Positions 36,362-45,682 of a DNA stretch of 61,879 nt are shown here, in pieces. The DNA is from a virus (lineage: Duplodnaviria > Caudoviricetes), in IMG/VR virus record IMGVR_UViG_3300020044_003173, positions 1-61,879 of that record; one strand, 5' to 3'. The notes under the pieces were generated by a model, which saw only the letters and a list, made by a program, of their open reading frames with translations, had not been told where the DNA came from and ran no database searches. Position 1 is the first letter of the stretch. Every line of letters starts with the position of its first letter. A program made the position numbers and the translations under genes.

Positions 36362-37777
36362 ATGGGTCGTCCGGCGCTTACGACAGAGGAATGGGTCGCT
36401 CAGGCGACTAAAACGCACAAAGGGCACTACGGGTACGCCCCTTCTGTGTACACAGGGTATGCACAACCGATAGAAATAGACTGCCCCCTGCACGGGGTTT
36501 TTACCCAGGGGGAGCATAACCATCGGAACGGAGCAGGCTGCCCTAAGTGCGGGGCCGCGTCTCGGCAAGCGAAGAGGTCCCACTCCTTCGCGTCGTTCCT
36601 AGCGGCGGTGGAGCCGGTACACGGCGGGGCATACACGTACCCGAAGCAGGAAGTGCACAACAGCCGCACGAAGCTTCGTATATTGTGCCCGGAGCACGGA
36701 GAGTTTTCTCAGACAGTTTATTCACACCTTCAGGGTGCGCGGTGCCCCAAATGTGCGTACGCTGCTAACGGGATGAAGTCTCAGTTGGGCATCTCGGAGT
36801 TTATGGATCGTGCTAAAGCCGTTCACGGGGGGCTGTACACCTACGTGTCAGGACTGCGCGGGATGCATAAAAATGTCTCCATCTCGTGCGCGCAACACGG
36901 GGTTTTCCAGCAAACCCCCACCAACCACCTAAAAGGCGCAGGCTGCCCCCGGTGCGCTAACCATATCTCCAAAGGCGAGGCGGAGGTTAAGCAGTTTATA
37001 GAATCTCTAGGGGTCCCGCTTCTCTCGTCGTCTCGTGGGCTTATCCCCCCGTACGAGCTTGATATGTACGACCCCGTTTCCAAGACGGCGGTGGAGTATA
37101 ATGGGCTATGGTTTCACCGGGAGGCGCTCGTAGGGGATAAGCACCGGAAGAAGTACGAAGCCTGTGCAGCGGTTGGGATCACTCTCGTGCAGATTTTCGA
37201 GGATGAGTGGGCTTCTATGCGCCCTCAGGTGGAGCACCGCCTTCGTGCGCTCTTTGGGAAGTGCCCTATAGTGGGGGCTAGGAAGTGTACCTTAGCTAAG
37301 GTCTCCCAGGCGGGGGCTTCTGCGTTCCTTAAGGCGCATCATACCCAGGGGTGCGGTACTGCAACGAAGCGGGCTTATGGGTTGTACCTTGGAGACCAGC
37401 TTGTAGCCCTTGCTACCTTTGGTACCGCCCGATTTGGGGAGGGGTGGGAGCTTCTGAGGTACTGCTCAATTGGTCGGGTTGTCGGGGGTATTTCCCGGCT
37501 GGTTAAGGCGTTTCGTAAGGACTACCCTTCAGGGGTTCTTGTTTCTTACGCAGACTTACGTTGGGGTAGCGGGGACGCCTACGGGCGCGCGGGGTTCACC
37601 CTTAGTTATATTACCCCACCGGACTATTGGTGGGCGGACTGCACGAAGGTTCAGCGGGTTTCACGGTACAAGCTTCAACCCCACAAGACGGGGGAGCCTG
37701 AGAAAGTCTACGCGGAAAAGCATGGGTTCCATAAAATACTCGGGGTCGGCCACAAGCGGTGGGTATCGGAGCCTTAG
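36362..37777 (+). CDS. Free-standing Hef-like homing endonuclease (3 zinc-ribbon repeats + Vsr/DUF559-like nuclease + GNAT/Mom-like C-terminus)
   Basis: Three CxxHGxF...H..G.xCPxC repeats; SKGEAE, ELDMY, AVEYNGLWFH, IFEDEW; WELLRY, SYAD. Confidence 0.75.
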   Translation: MGRPALTTEEWVAQATKTHKGHYGYAPSVYTGYAQPIEIDCPLHGVFTQGEHNHRNGAGCPKCGAASRQAKRSHSFASFLAAVEPVHGGAYTYPKQEVHNSRTKLRILCPEHGEFSQTVYSHLQGARCPKCAYAANGMKSQLGISEFMDRAKAVHGGLYTYVSGLRGMHKNVSISCAQHGVFQQTPTNHLKGAGCPRCANHISKGEAEVKQFIESLGVPLLSSSRGLIPPYELDMYDPVSKTAVEYNGLWFHREALVGDKHRKKYEACAAVGITLVQIFEDEWASMRPQVEHRLRALFGKCPIVGARKCTLAKVSQAGASAFLKAHHTQGCGTATKRAYGLYLGDQLVALATFGTARFGEGWELLRYCSIGRVVGGISRLVKAFRKDYPSGVLVSYADLRWGSGDAYGRAGFTLSYITPPDYWWADCTKVQRVSRYKLQPHKTGEPEKVYAEKHGFHKILGVGHKRWVSEP

Positions 37778-37818
37778 ACCCCTTTCTTTTTGCCTAGAGC
37801 TAGGATATCCTACGCGAA

Positions 37819-37884
37819 CTAGGCTTTTGCTCGTACCCACTGCCCTAGCAGACGTAGTAGAGATGGTACGGGCGGTGCTACTAC
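37819..37884 (+). ncRNA. Candidate structured RNA (double pseudoknot) in the leader of 37898
   Basis: Four interleaved complementary pairs within 66 nt (see findings). Confidence 0.45.
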
Positions 37885-37897
37885 ACGGGGACTTCTA

Positions 37898-38422
37898 ATG
37901 GCTCAAGTTACTTTCACGGGTCCGATCCGGTCGCTTAACGGCCTTTACACTCGCGGCCCTGGTTCGATCATCACCAACACGGCGTCTACCCTGACCATCA
38001 CGCCTCAGGCGCATGGCGGGCGGATCATCTACAACAACGTCGCCACGACCACGATTACCCTTCCGGCGGTTGACGTTACGGCGGGTGCGACTGGCGATAA
38101 TCCCAATAACCTTGGTGTCGTCTACACCTTCTATATCGCGGCTACGGCCACTGCGGTGAAGATTCGTACTACTAGCTCCGCTCCGGGCGACCTGTTTGTA
38201 GGGTCTCTTGTCGTCGGCAAGGATGGGGTTCTTACTGCTGGCGGTACGGCTACCTTCATCCCCAACGGCTCGTCCAATGACGTGATCAGCATGGCGGGTA
38301 CGACCACGGGCGGTATTGCTGGTTCGTATCTTTCTGTTGTCGCCGTGGCGGCCAACACGTACCTTGTCCAAGGGGTGCTTATTGGGTCGGGCACTCTGGC
38401 TACTCCCTTCGCCGACTCCTAA
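37898..38422 (+). CDS. Putative virion structural protein
   Basis: MAQVTFTGPIRS, TITLPA, ATPFADS; Thr/Gly-rich. Confidence 0.65.
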   Translation: MAQVTFTGPIRSLNGLYTRGPGSIITNTASTLTITPQAHGGRIIYNNVATTTITLPAVDVTAGATGDNPNNLGVVYTFYIAATATAVKIRTTSSAPGDLFVGSLVVGKDGVLTAGGTATFIPNGSSNDVISMAGTTTGGIAGSYLSVVAVAANTYLVQGVLIGSGTLATPFADS

Positions 38423-38433
38423 AGCGGGGCGTT

Positions 38434-39162
38434 ATGGAACGCGGGTATGAACTGGCAGGGCGGTCTCTTTTCGTCGCCCTGCCAGCGTATGACTTCAAGG
38501 TTTCTCTGAAACTGGCTATCTCCCTGGCTCGTGTGGCGCAGCTTGCTCCGCAGCATGGGATTAGCATCCAAATTGGCAGCGTCTGTGGGTGCTCGGTTGT
38601 GTCCCGTGCCCGCAACCTGCTGGTTAAGGATTTTCTAGAATCCTCCTGTACGGACCTACTGTTCGTGGACTCGGATATTAATTTCGAGCCTGAGGATGTT
38701 TTCCGCCTTATGGCGTGGGCGACTGACCCTCGTAAGGGGGTTGTGGCCGGGGTTCCCCGCACTCGTAGCGAGAACACGGTCTATATTACGGACCTAGACT
38801 ACGACGAAGACAACCAACTGACGATGAACGGTATGGGCCTCGTGCGTGCAAGGCGCGTGGCGACTGCCTTCATGTTGGTCCGCAGAGAGGTCTTTGGCAC
38901 CCTGACGAACGCACACCCTGAGTGGACTTATCAGGACAAGCGGTCTGAGCGGGCTATCTCCGCCGTGTTCGACTTCAAGCTCACCGAAGAAGGGTACATG
39001 GGCGAGGACTTCCTCTTCTGTGACCGTGCCCGTGAGCATGGGTTCGAAGTCTGGATCGATCCTACGATTAAACTCGGGCACATGGGCATCACCGAGTTTG
39101 CCGGTAACTTCGGGGAAGATATTCTCTACCCGATGCTCGCTCCAGCACAAAGGGTAGCTTGA
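38434..39162 (+). CDS. GT-A fold glycosyltransferase-like protein (copy 2)
   Basis: VALPAYD, VSRARN, FVDSD, ATAFMLVRR, GEDFLFC, LGHMG. Confidence 0.75.
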   Translation: MERGYELAGRSLFVALPAYDFKVSLKLAISLARVAQLAPQHGISIQIGSVCGCSVVSRARNLLVKDFLESSCTDLLFVDSDINFEPEDVFRLMAWATDPRKGVVAGVPRTRSENTVYITDLDYDEDNQLTMNGMGLVRARRVATAFMLVRREVFGTLTNAHPEWTYQDKRSERAISAVFDFKLTEEGYMGEDFLFCDRAREHGFEVWIDPTIKLGHMGITEFAGNFGEDILYPMLAPAQRVA

Positions 39163-39470
39163 TGGCAAGTAAACTTTTAGCCGCGCTTTCCCCCCTGTAC
39201 AGTGCATCGACGGGAGAGGGTATGTTTGGTGATGTTATGGGGGTAAAATCCCGTAATGCTGCTGTCGAGGCTGCTAACGTGGCAGCCGAAGAAGACAAGC
39301 AGAAACGGGAAGCTTACGCCGCCGCTGTGCGTAGCCGATCTGCTCAGGGTATGAAGCGCGGTGGTAGTGTTAAGGCCCCCGCTGGGGTGAAGAAAACTTC
39401 TAAGGTGAGTACCGGGAAGCGCGGTGATGGTATTGCTCGCAAAGGTAAGACCCGTGGAACACAACGCTGA
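39159..39470 (+). CDS. Small basic protein
   Basis: MKRGG, RGDGIARKGKTRG. Confidence 0.6.
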   Translation: MMASKLLAALSPLYSASTGEGMFGDVMGVKSRNAAVEAANVAAEEDKQKREAYAAAVRSRSAQGMKRGGSVKAPAGVKKTSKVSTGKRGDGIARKGKTRGTQR

Positions 39471-39724
39471 TGCCTAGCACCCCGGCTTGGACCCGCAAGG
39501 AAGGTAAGAACCCCAAAGGCGGGCTAAATGCCAAGGGCCGGGCTTCTTACAACAAGGCTAATCCGGGTAAGCCGGGGCTTAAGGCTCCGCAGCCTGAGGG
39601 TGGGTCTCGTAAGAAGAGCTTCTGTGCCAGAATGTCCGGTATGAAGGCGAAGCTTACGAGTGCGAAGACCGCTAATGATCCCAACAGCCGGATCAACAAA
39701 AGCTTGCGAGCATGGCGATGCTAA
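39470..39724 (+). CDS. Basic conserved phage protein (DUF6321-like)
   Basis: AWTRKEGKNPKGGLNAKGR...SFCARM...SLRAWRC. Confidence 0.7.
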   Translation: MPSTPAWTRKEGKNPKGGLNAKGRASYNKANPGKPGLKAPQPEGGSRKKSFCARMSGMKAKLTSAKTANDPNSRINKSLRAWRC

Positions 39725-39860
39725 AGCGTGACTGGGGCCGCGTTGCCAAAAAACCTGATGAGCAGGGGCGTTATCGGTGTAGCAAATGCCGAGAATGGAA
39801 AACGCCTGACCAGTACAACTAGAGTTCGCCATACAGTATCTACATAGAACTGCTAATTAG
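39712..39860 (+). pseudogene. Probable internally deleted endonuclease VII-type gene remnant
   Basis: YRCSKCREWKTPDQYN* followed in another frame by LEFAIQYLHRTAN*. Confidence 0.45.
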
Positions 39861-39865
39861 GAGTT

Positions 39866-40300
39866 ATGGCTATGCGTGCATGTCGTGGGATGGGAGCGGT
39901 TAGCTCGTCTAAGTACGCCGCTGGCGGCAGCAACTCTACCCCTAAGAAGGTCGAGCCCGCGAAGAAGCCCGCGCCTAAGAAGCCTCCTCCCGCCGATGAC
40001 GAAGGCCGGTCTTTCGGTGTGCCTGCCGAACAACTTAAGCCCAAGAGCCCCCCGCGTGTCCCGGATCGTATGTTCCGTGGAGAAAGCGAGGAGGGCGATG
40101 AACCCCTTATCAAACGCGCCAAAGGCGGCGCTAACTGGATTAAGGGCGCGATCAAGAAGCCTGGAGCTTTGCGGGCGTCTCTTGGGGTTGGGGCTGGGAA
40201 GACTATTTCCGCTTCGAAGCTTAATGCTGCGTCTAAGGCTCCCGGTAAGCTGGGCCAGCGGGCGCGGTTCGCTAAAGTCCTGCGGAGCTTTAGGAAATAA
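39866..40300 (+). CDS. Basic Lys-rich protein
   Basis: AGGAG SD; NWIKGAIKKPGALRASLG...GQRARFA. Confidence 0.7.
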   Translation: MAMRACRGMGAVSSSKYAAGGSNSTPKKVEPAKKPAPKKPPPADDEGRSFGVPAEQLKPKSPPRVPDRMFRGESEEGDEPLIKRAKGGANWIKGAIKKPGALRASLGVGAGKTISASKLNAASKAPGKLGQRARFAKVLRSFRK

Positions 40301-41007
40301 TGGCTACTTCCGACACCACCACGTTCAACCTCGACCTGAATAATCTCGTGGAAGAGGCGTACGAGAGGTGCGGAACTGAGCTTCGTACGGGGTATGACCT
40401 ACGTACGGCCCGCAGGAGCCTGAACCTTCTTACGATTGAGTGGGCGAACCGAGGGATTAACCTTTGGACCGTTGAGCAAGGGTCCATCCCCCTTATTCAG
40501 GGGCAGATAACCTATGACCTACCCGTAGATACCATTGACCTGTTGGATAGCGTCGTGCGTACGCAGACAGGGATTAACCAGACTGACATCAATATCACGC
40601 GCATTAGCGTCGATACCTACTCCACGATCCCCAACAAAAACGCGCAGGGGCGGCCTATCCAGGTGTGGATTAACCGCAAGACCGGAGCGACTAACTCTAC
40701 TGCGGTTGTGCAATATCCTGAGATCAACGTGTGGCCTTCTCCGGACCAGACTGGCTTTTACACCTACGTGTATTGGCGGCTTCGTCGTATGCAGGATGCT
40801 GGGAACGGTACTACGACCCAGGATATTCCCTTCCGGCTTCTCCCCGCGCTTGTTGCGGGCCTCGCCTACCACCTCGCCCTGAAAATCCCCGATGCCATGC
40901 CCCGCATCCCCATGCTCAAGATGATGTACGATGAGCAGTTCATGATGGCGGCGGATGAGGATCGAGAGAAGGCGTCCCTGCGCATCGCGCCGCGTGTATC
41001 TTACTAG
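40300..41007 (+). CDS. Putative tail tubular / adaptor protein
   Basis: EEAYERCG, ARRSLNLL..EWANRG, LVAGLAYHLA. Confidence 0.65.
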   Translation: MATSDTTTFNLDLNNLVEEAYERCGTELRTGYDLRTARRSLNLLTIEWANRGINLWTVEQGSIPLIQGQITYDLPVDTIDLLDSVVRTQTGINQTDINITRISVDTYSTIPNKNAQGRPIQVWINRKTGATNSTAVVQYPEINVWPSPDQTGFYTYVYWRLRRMQDAGNGTTTQDIPFRLLPALVAGLAYHLALKIPDAMPRIPMLKMMYDEQFMMAADEDREKASLRIAPRVSY

Positions 41008-41016
41008 GGGGCTATA

Positions 41017-41412
41017 ATGTCTAGCCCCTTTGCTTCAGGTAAGTGGGCCATAGCGGAATGTGACCGTTGTGGGTTCCGATACAAACTCAAAGAGCTTCGG
41101 TCTTTGGTCATTAAGACCAAGAACGTGAACTTGCTTGTTTGCCCGTCGTGCTGGGAAGCCGACCAACCTCAGTTGCAGCTTGGGATGTACCCGGTCAACG
41201 ACCCCCAAGCCCTACGTAACCCGCGCCCCGATAACAGCTATTTCCAGTCAGGGCTTAATGCGCTTGGCGACCCTTCCGAGGGTAGTCGTCAAATCCAGTG
41301 GGGCTGGGCTCCAGTCGGGCTCAACAACCCCTTGGGTTTATCTGGGCTAGTAAGTACGCTATTGATGCAGGGTGCTATTGGTACGGTGACTGTCGTGACT
41401 GAGGAGAACTGA
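41017..41412 (+). CDS. Zinc-finger hypothetical protein
   Basis: CDRCGF...CPSCWE, DPQALRNPRPD. Confidence 0.7.
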   Translation: MSSPFASGKWAIAECDRCGFRYKLKELRSLVIKTKNVNLLVCPSCWEADQPQLQLGMYPVNDPQALRNPRPDNSYFQSGLNALGDPSEGSRQIQWGWAPVGLNNPLGLSGLVSTLLMQGAIGTVTVVTEEN

Positions 41413-41414
41413 CT

Positions 41415-41540
41415 ATGGCTAAGGGTGGTAAGACTAATTCCCAAATGAAGTCGCTCGGTCGCAACCTTGCTAAAATTGCGAACCAGAAGAGTGGCTCTTC
41501 CCCTAAGAAAGATTTCGGTAAGGTGGTCAAGAATGGCTGA
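41415..41540 (+). CDS. Small basic protein, 41 aa (MAKGGKTNSQMKSLGRNLAK...)
   Basis: Read manually; GAGGAG SD. Confidence 0.55.
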   Translation: MAKGGKTNSQMKSLGRNLAKIANQKSGSSPKKDFGKVVKNG

Positions 41541-41700
41541 GCACGACGACACCAACGAGTACAACAAGCCGATGCCCGTCAAGAAGCCTGTCCCGGCGAT
41601 CTCGGGGTATCCTAATAAGGTCGCTAATACCCAGACCACGAAAATCCGTGGTACTGGCGCGGCTACTAAGGGTACTGGCTACAATTCGAAGATGAGCTAA
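41533..41700 (+). CDS. Small protein (MAEHDD...RGTGAATKG)
   Basis: ATG overlapping the previous stop. Confidence 0.55.
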   Translation: MAEHDDTNEYNKPMPVKKPVPAISGYPNKVANTQTTKIRGTGAATKGTGYNSKMS

Positions 41701-41702
41701 CC

Positions 41703-42365
41703 GTGAACTACGCTACGCTGGTTTCCACAATCAAGGCATACGTGGAGAACGACTTCCCTACTACCGGGGGGTCTGGCGGTCTTACGTCTACTGAACAGAT
41801 TGATACGTTCATTGAGCAGGCTGAAGAGCGCATCTTTAACACGGTGCAGCTTCTGGAGCTTCGTAAGTCGGTAACGGGCACCACCACTGCGCACAACAAG
41901 TACCTGACAGTGCCCTCGGATTGGCTGGCTAACTTCTCTATTGCGGTGGTTGATCCGGACACGGGGGGCTATGAGTACCTCCTGAACAAGGACGTGAACT
42001 ACATCCGCGAGGCGTTCCCCTACCCGGCTACCTACGGTATCCCGACGCATTATGCGATGTTCGACCAAGATTCGTACATCCTAGGCCCCACCCCCGATGA
42101 TGACTACGAGGTGGAGCTTCACTACTTCTACTACCCGGAGTCCATCGTAACTGCGAGCACCTCCTGGCTGGGGGACAACTTCGACTCCGTGCTCCTCTAC
42201 GGGGCTCTCTTGGAGGCTTACACCTTCATGAAGGGTGAAGCCGATATTCTTGTGCAGTACCAAAAGCGGTACGACGAGGCTATGGCGCTCCTGAAGGAAC
42301 TCGCCGAAGGCAAAAATCGCCAAGACACCTACCGTACACCACAAGCGCGGTACCCAGTCCGATGA
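41703..42365 (+). CDS. Putative head-to-tail adaptor protein
   Basis: FIEQAEERI, LGPTPD, LLYGALLEAYTFMKG. Confidence 0.65.
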   Translation: MNYATLVSTIKAYVENDFPTTGGSGGLTSTEQIDTFIEQAEERIFNTVQLLELRKSVTGTTTAHNKYLTVPSDWLANFSIAVVDPDTGGYEYLLNKDVNYIREAFPYPATYGIPTHYAMFDQDSYILGPTPDDDYEVELHYFYYPESIVTASTSWLGDNFDSVLLYGALLEAYTFMKGEADILVQYQKRYDEAMALLKELAEGKNRQDTYRTPQARYPVR

Positions 42366-42643
42366 TGTCTTCACTCGTTTCCGTAGGGGATGTGAGCGTT
42401 ACGACGACTTCAGGTCGCGGGGCTACGCCTGAAGAAATAACCGAGCGGGCTTTAGGTAGGATTATCGCGGTTAGTGGTACGGCCCCCCCTGTTATTCGGG
42501 AGCAAGCCGAGGCGTTCAAGGATAGCATCCGTGCGGTTCTTGTGTATTATATGCATGAGGCTATACGTGCTCATAACGTGACCCTGGTTCATAGGTTTCA
42601 CGACGCCGGGTATTCCGAGTTGGTTAGTATTCTTGATCCCTAG
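42362..42643 (+). CDS. Hypothetical protein
   Basis: ATGA overlap. Confidence 0.65.
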   Translation: MMSSLVSVGDVSVTTTSGRGATPEEITERALGRIIAVSGTAPPVIREQAEAFKDSIRAVLVYYMHEAIRAHNVTLVHRFHDAGYSELVSILDP

Positions 42644-42652
42644 GAGATACCG

Positions 42653-43126
42653 ATGGCGCTAACTCAAAGCATGTGCACATCTTTCAAGGCTGAGCTTCTG
42701 CTCGCGGTGCACGACTTCCGTGCGACGGGCGGTGATACCTTTAAGTTGGCGCTCTATTCCTCGTCTGCTTCGCTCGACGCCAACACCACGGCGTACACGG
42801 CTACTAACGAGACCACAGGCACCAACTATACCGCTGGTGGTGGAACCCTTACGAACCTGGGGGTTGTCACCTCGAATAGTACCTCGTCTTCGGGTACAGG
42901 TTATGTGGACTTCTCTGACCTGACATTCTCCAACGCCACGATCACGGCGCGCGGTGCGCTCATCTATAACACCACGCCCTCGGCGAACAGCAATGCCAAC
43001 ACTACCCTAACGAACGCCGCTGTGTGCGTGCTTGACTTCGGTGCCGACAAGGCGTCCACCGCCGGGGACTTTACGATTAGCTTCCCTACCGCCACCAACA
43101 CGACTGCTATTATTAGGATTGCCTAA
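42653..43126 (+). CDS. Putative tail-associated structural protein
   Basis: MCTSFKAELL, FKLALY, TARGALIYN, VLDFG. Confidence 0.65.
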   Translation: MALTQSMCTSFKAELLLAVHDFRATGGDTFKLALYSSSASLDANTTAYTATNETTGTNYTAGGGTLTNLGVVTSNSTSSSGTGYVDFSDLTFSNATITARGALIYNTTPSANSNANTTLTNAAVCVLDFGADKASTAGDFTISFPTATNTTAIIRIA

Positions 43127-44181
43127 TGGCCTTCGTTCTGGCGAACCGGGTACTGGATACGACCACCACCACGGGTACGGGGACGCTGACGCTTGACGGG
43201 TCTCCTCCTAGTGGGTATCAGGCGTTTTCTGCTATTGGCGACGGCAACTCCACCTACTACACGGTTGTTGGTGGGAGCCAGTGGGAAGTTGGTATTGGCA
43301 CCTACACGGCGGCTGGTACGATCTTCTCTCGGGATACCGTGCTCTCGTCCAGCGCGGGGGGTACAACCAAGGTTTCGTTTTCCGCAGGCACTAAGAGTGT
43401 CTTCGTGGATTACCCCTCGGAGCGTGCCGTAGGGACCGATCTTACCCAGACGCTTACGAACAAGACCATCGCCGGGGCGAGCAACACCCTTACGGTTCGT
43501 CTAGGAAGTGACGTTTCCGGCACCCTCCCCGTTGCCAACGGGGGTACTGGGATCACGAGTTTTGGTACTGGGGTAGCTACTTTCCTTGGCACGCCCTCAA
43601 GTGCAAACCTAGCGGCGGCCCTGACGGACGAGACGGGTTCCGGCCTTGCCGTCTTCAATAACTCCCCATCGTTCATTACCCCCACCTTGGGGGTGGCTAC
43701 CGCTACTTCGGTTAACAAGGTCGCGCTGACTGCCCCTGCTTCGGGCTCTACTCTTACCATCGCGGATGGCAAAACCCTCACGGCGTCTAATTCCCTAACT
43801 CTGGTGGGCACCGACAGCACCACCATGACGTTTCCGCCCGCGTCTGTGAGCGTGGGCTACCTTAATATCCCCCAAGTTAGCAAGTCTATAAACTACACTA
43901 CAGTCCTGGCGGATAGCGGTAAGCATATTTTCCACCCCGCGTCGGATGATAACCCCCGCACCTACACCATCAACTCTAATGCTAACGTCGCCTACGAGGT
44001 TGGTACGGCTATTACGTTCGTTAACCTGATAAACACCATTACCATAGCCATCACTTCGGACACGATGTACCTCGCGGGGGTGGGTTCGACCGGCTCCCGG
44101 ACCCTGGCTGCCTATGGCTCCGCCACTGCGCTTAAGGTCAATACGACCGCTTGGGTTATTTCGGGTGTGGGTCTTACGTAA
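43126..44181 (+). CDS. Tail fiber-like protein
   Basis: WEVGIGTY, GTLPVANGGTG, Thr/Gly-rich. Confidence 0.65.
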   Translation: MAFVLANRVLDTTTTTGTGTLTLDGSPPSGYQAFSAIGDGNSTYYTVVGGSQWEVGIGTYTAAGTIFSRDTVLSSSAGGTTKVSFSAGTKSVFVDYPSERAVGTDLTQTLTNKTIAGASNTLTVRLGSDVSGTLPVANGGTGITSFGTGVATFLGTPSSANLAAALTDETGSGLAVFNNSPSFITPTLGVATATSVNKVALTAPASGSTLTIADGKTLTASNSLTLVGTDSTTMTFPPASVSVGYLNIPQVSKSINYTTVLADSGKHIFHPASDDNPRTYTINSNANVAYEVGTAITFVNLINTITIAITSDTMYLAGVGSTGSRTLAAYGSATALKVNTTAWVISGVGLT

Positions 44182-44966
44182 TGTCTGGAATTTTGCAGGC
44201 TCTATTTACGACGCGCGGCACTGCAAAGTTTGACTACCTTATCGTCGGTGGCGGCGGGGGTGGCGGGCGTAATGGTGGCGGTGGTGGCGGTGGAGGGGTT
44301 CTGCATGGCGAGGATATTAGCCTAGCGTCTGCAACTTACCCTGTTACACGCGGCGCTGGTGGGGTTGGTGGTACGGGTTCTGGGCCGACCGCTGGAGGTA
44401 ATTCTACTTTTAATGGGCTTACCGCTATTGGGGGTGGTCTAGCTGGTGACGTTAATAACAGCGGCGCGGGGGGCTCTGGCGGTTCCGGCGGCGGGGCATA
44501 TTATAGCAGCAGCTCCGGCGGCGCAGGCACTGGTGGACAAGGTTATGCAGGAGCGCCTGGTTTTGCACTTGGAGTAAGCGGCGGCGGGGGCGGCGCTTCT
44601 GCGGCTGCTACCAACCAGAACGGCAAGGACGGCTACACCTCCAGCATCTCGGGCGCGTCTGTCATCTACGGTTCGGGTGGCGGGGGTGCGGCGCAAGACA
44701 CCTTTGGCACACCCGGCACGGCTGGAAGCGGGGCGGGCGCTGGAACCACAGGCGCTATCGGAGGCGCAGGTACGGCGAACCGTGGTGGTGGCGGCGGTGG
44801 TGGTGGTTATTCTGGAGGATATTTTAATGGTGGGGATGGCGGCACGGGTGTCGTCATTATTCGCTACCTGACTGGCACAGCTACCTGCACAGGCGGCGCT
44901 ATTACCACTTCTGGTGCATATACGATCCATACGTTTACAACTAACGGTAACTTCGTCATTTCCTAA
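44181..44966 (+). CDS. Glycine-rich virion/adhesin protein
   Basis: YLIVGGGGGGG...GGTGVVIIRY...IHTFT. Confidence 0.7.
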   Translation: MSGILQALFTTRGTAKFDYLIVGGGGGGGRNGGGGGGGGVLHGEDISLASATYPVTRGAGGVGGTGSGPTAGGNSTFNGLTAIGGGLAGDVNNSGAGGSGGSGGGAYYSSSSGGAGTGGQGYAGAPGFALGVSGGGGGASAAATNQNGKDGYTSSISGASVIYGSGGGGAAQDTFGTPGTAGSGAGAGTTGAIGGAGTANRGGGGGGGGYSGGYFNGGDGGTGVVIIRYLTGTATCTGGAITTSGAYTIHTFTTNGNFVIS

Positions 44967-44987
44967 GAGCCCATACAGGGGTTAGTC

Positions 44988-45359
44988 GTGCGGGAGACAA
45001 TAAGAATGATACCTCTCGACGATATGGGCGTGTCGGTGCGCTTTATCCTTTCCTCGCTCGCCGGGGGCGCGTTCTACGGCCTGTACCACCTTGCAGCGGT
45101 ACTTCTTGCGGGGCAACCTCCGACGCATAGGGATGTTGTGCGGGCTGTAGGCAACGTGATCTGCGCTATTATTGCGGGTGCCTTGTTCGCTACCTACGCG
45201 GGGGCCGCAGTCCTTGAATGGGCGAATGTCGAGTTTCTGGATCACAACCCCAGCGCGCTCGGGTTTGGTATCGGGGCGCTCACTTGGGAACTAATCCCCA
45301 TTGCGTATCTCGCGGCGAAGAAGGTCTTCAGCCGGGTTGCTATACGAGCAGTTAAATGA
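44988..45359 (+). CDS. Membrane protein, possible holin
   Basis: ~3 TM segments upstream of the endolysin. Confidence 0.55.
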   Translation: MRETIRMIPLDDMGVSVRFILSSLAGGAFYGLYHLAAVLLAGQPPTHRDVVRAVGNVICAIIAGALFATYAGAAVLEWANVEFLDHNPSALGFGIGALTWELIPIAYLAAKKVFSRVAIRAVK

Positions 45360-45679
45360 TTAACCCTATTGACCTATGGGCTAGTTCTGCGGCGTGCATA
45401 GCAGGCTCCGCTACGGCCATACGCTCCAACTTGCTAAGCCGCCGCTTAAGTCTAGCTAGTGTTGGTGTCCCCCTTACTCGTGTGCGCCTTACGTTTGTAA
45501 GCATCGTACTAGGGATGGCTACAGTATCTATTATTCTAGACGACGGGGCCTCTACTCGCGAGGCGGCGGTGTACTCGGTCTTCGCACTACAAGCCTGCGT
45601 TATGCTCTACAACACCCTACGAGACCACGGAACTAAGCGGCAGGTCGAGGATCGTTCAGGTCTAGTACTAGGGGGATAA
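45356..45679 (+). CDS. Membrane protein (lysis cassette)
   Basis: Hydrophobic segments; ATGA overlap. Confidence 0.5.
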   Translation: MINPIDLWASSAACIAGSATAIRSNLLSRRLSLASVGVPLTRVRLTFVSIVLGMATVSIILDDGASTREAAVYSVFALQACVMLYNTLRDHGTKRQVEDRSGLVLGG

Positions 45680-45682
45680 CCC

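Noticed and set aside
36218-37897. Group I intron housing the endonuclease
   Set aside because: The flanking genes are complete, a terminator and promoter precede it, and no intron core was recognised
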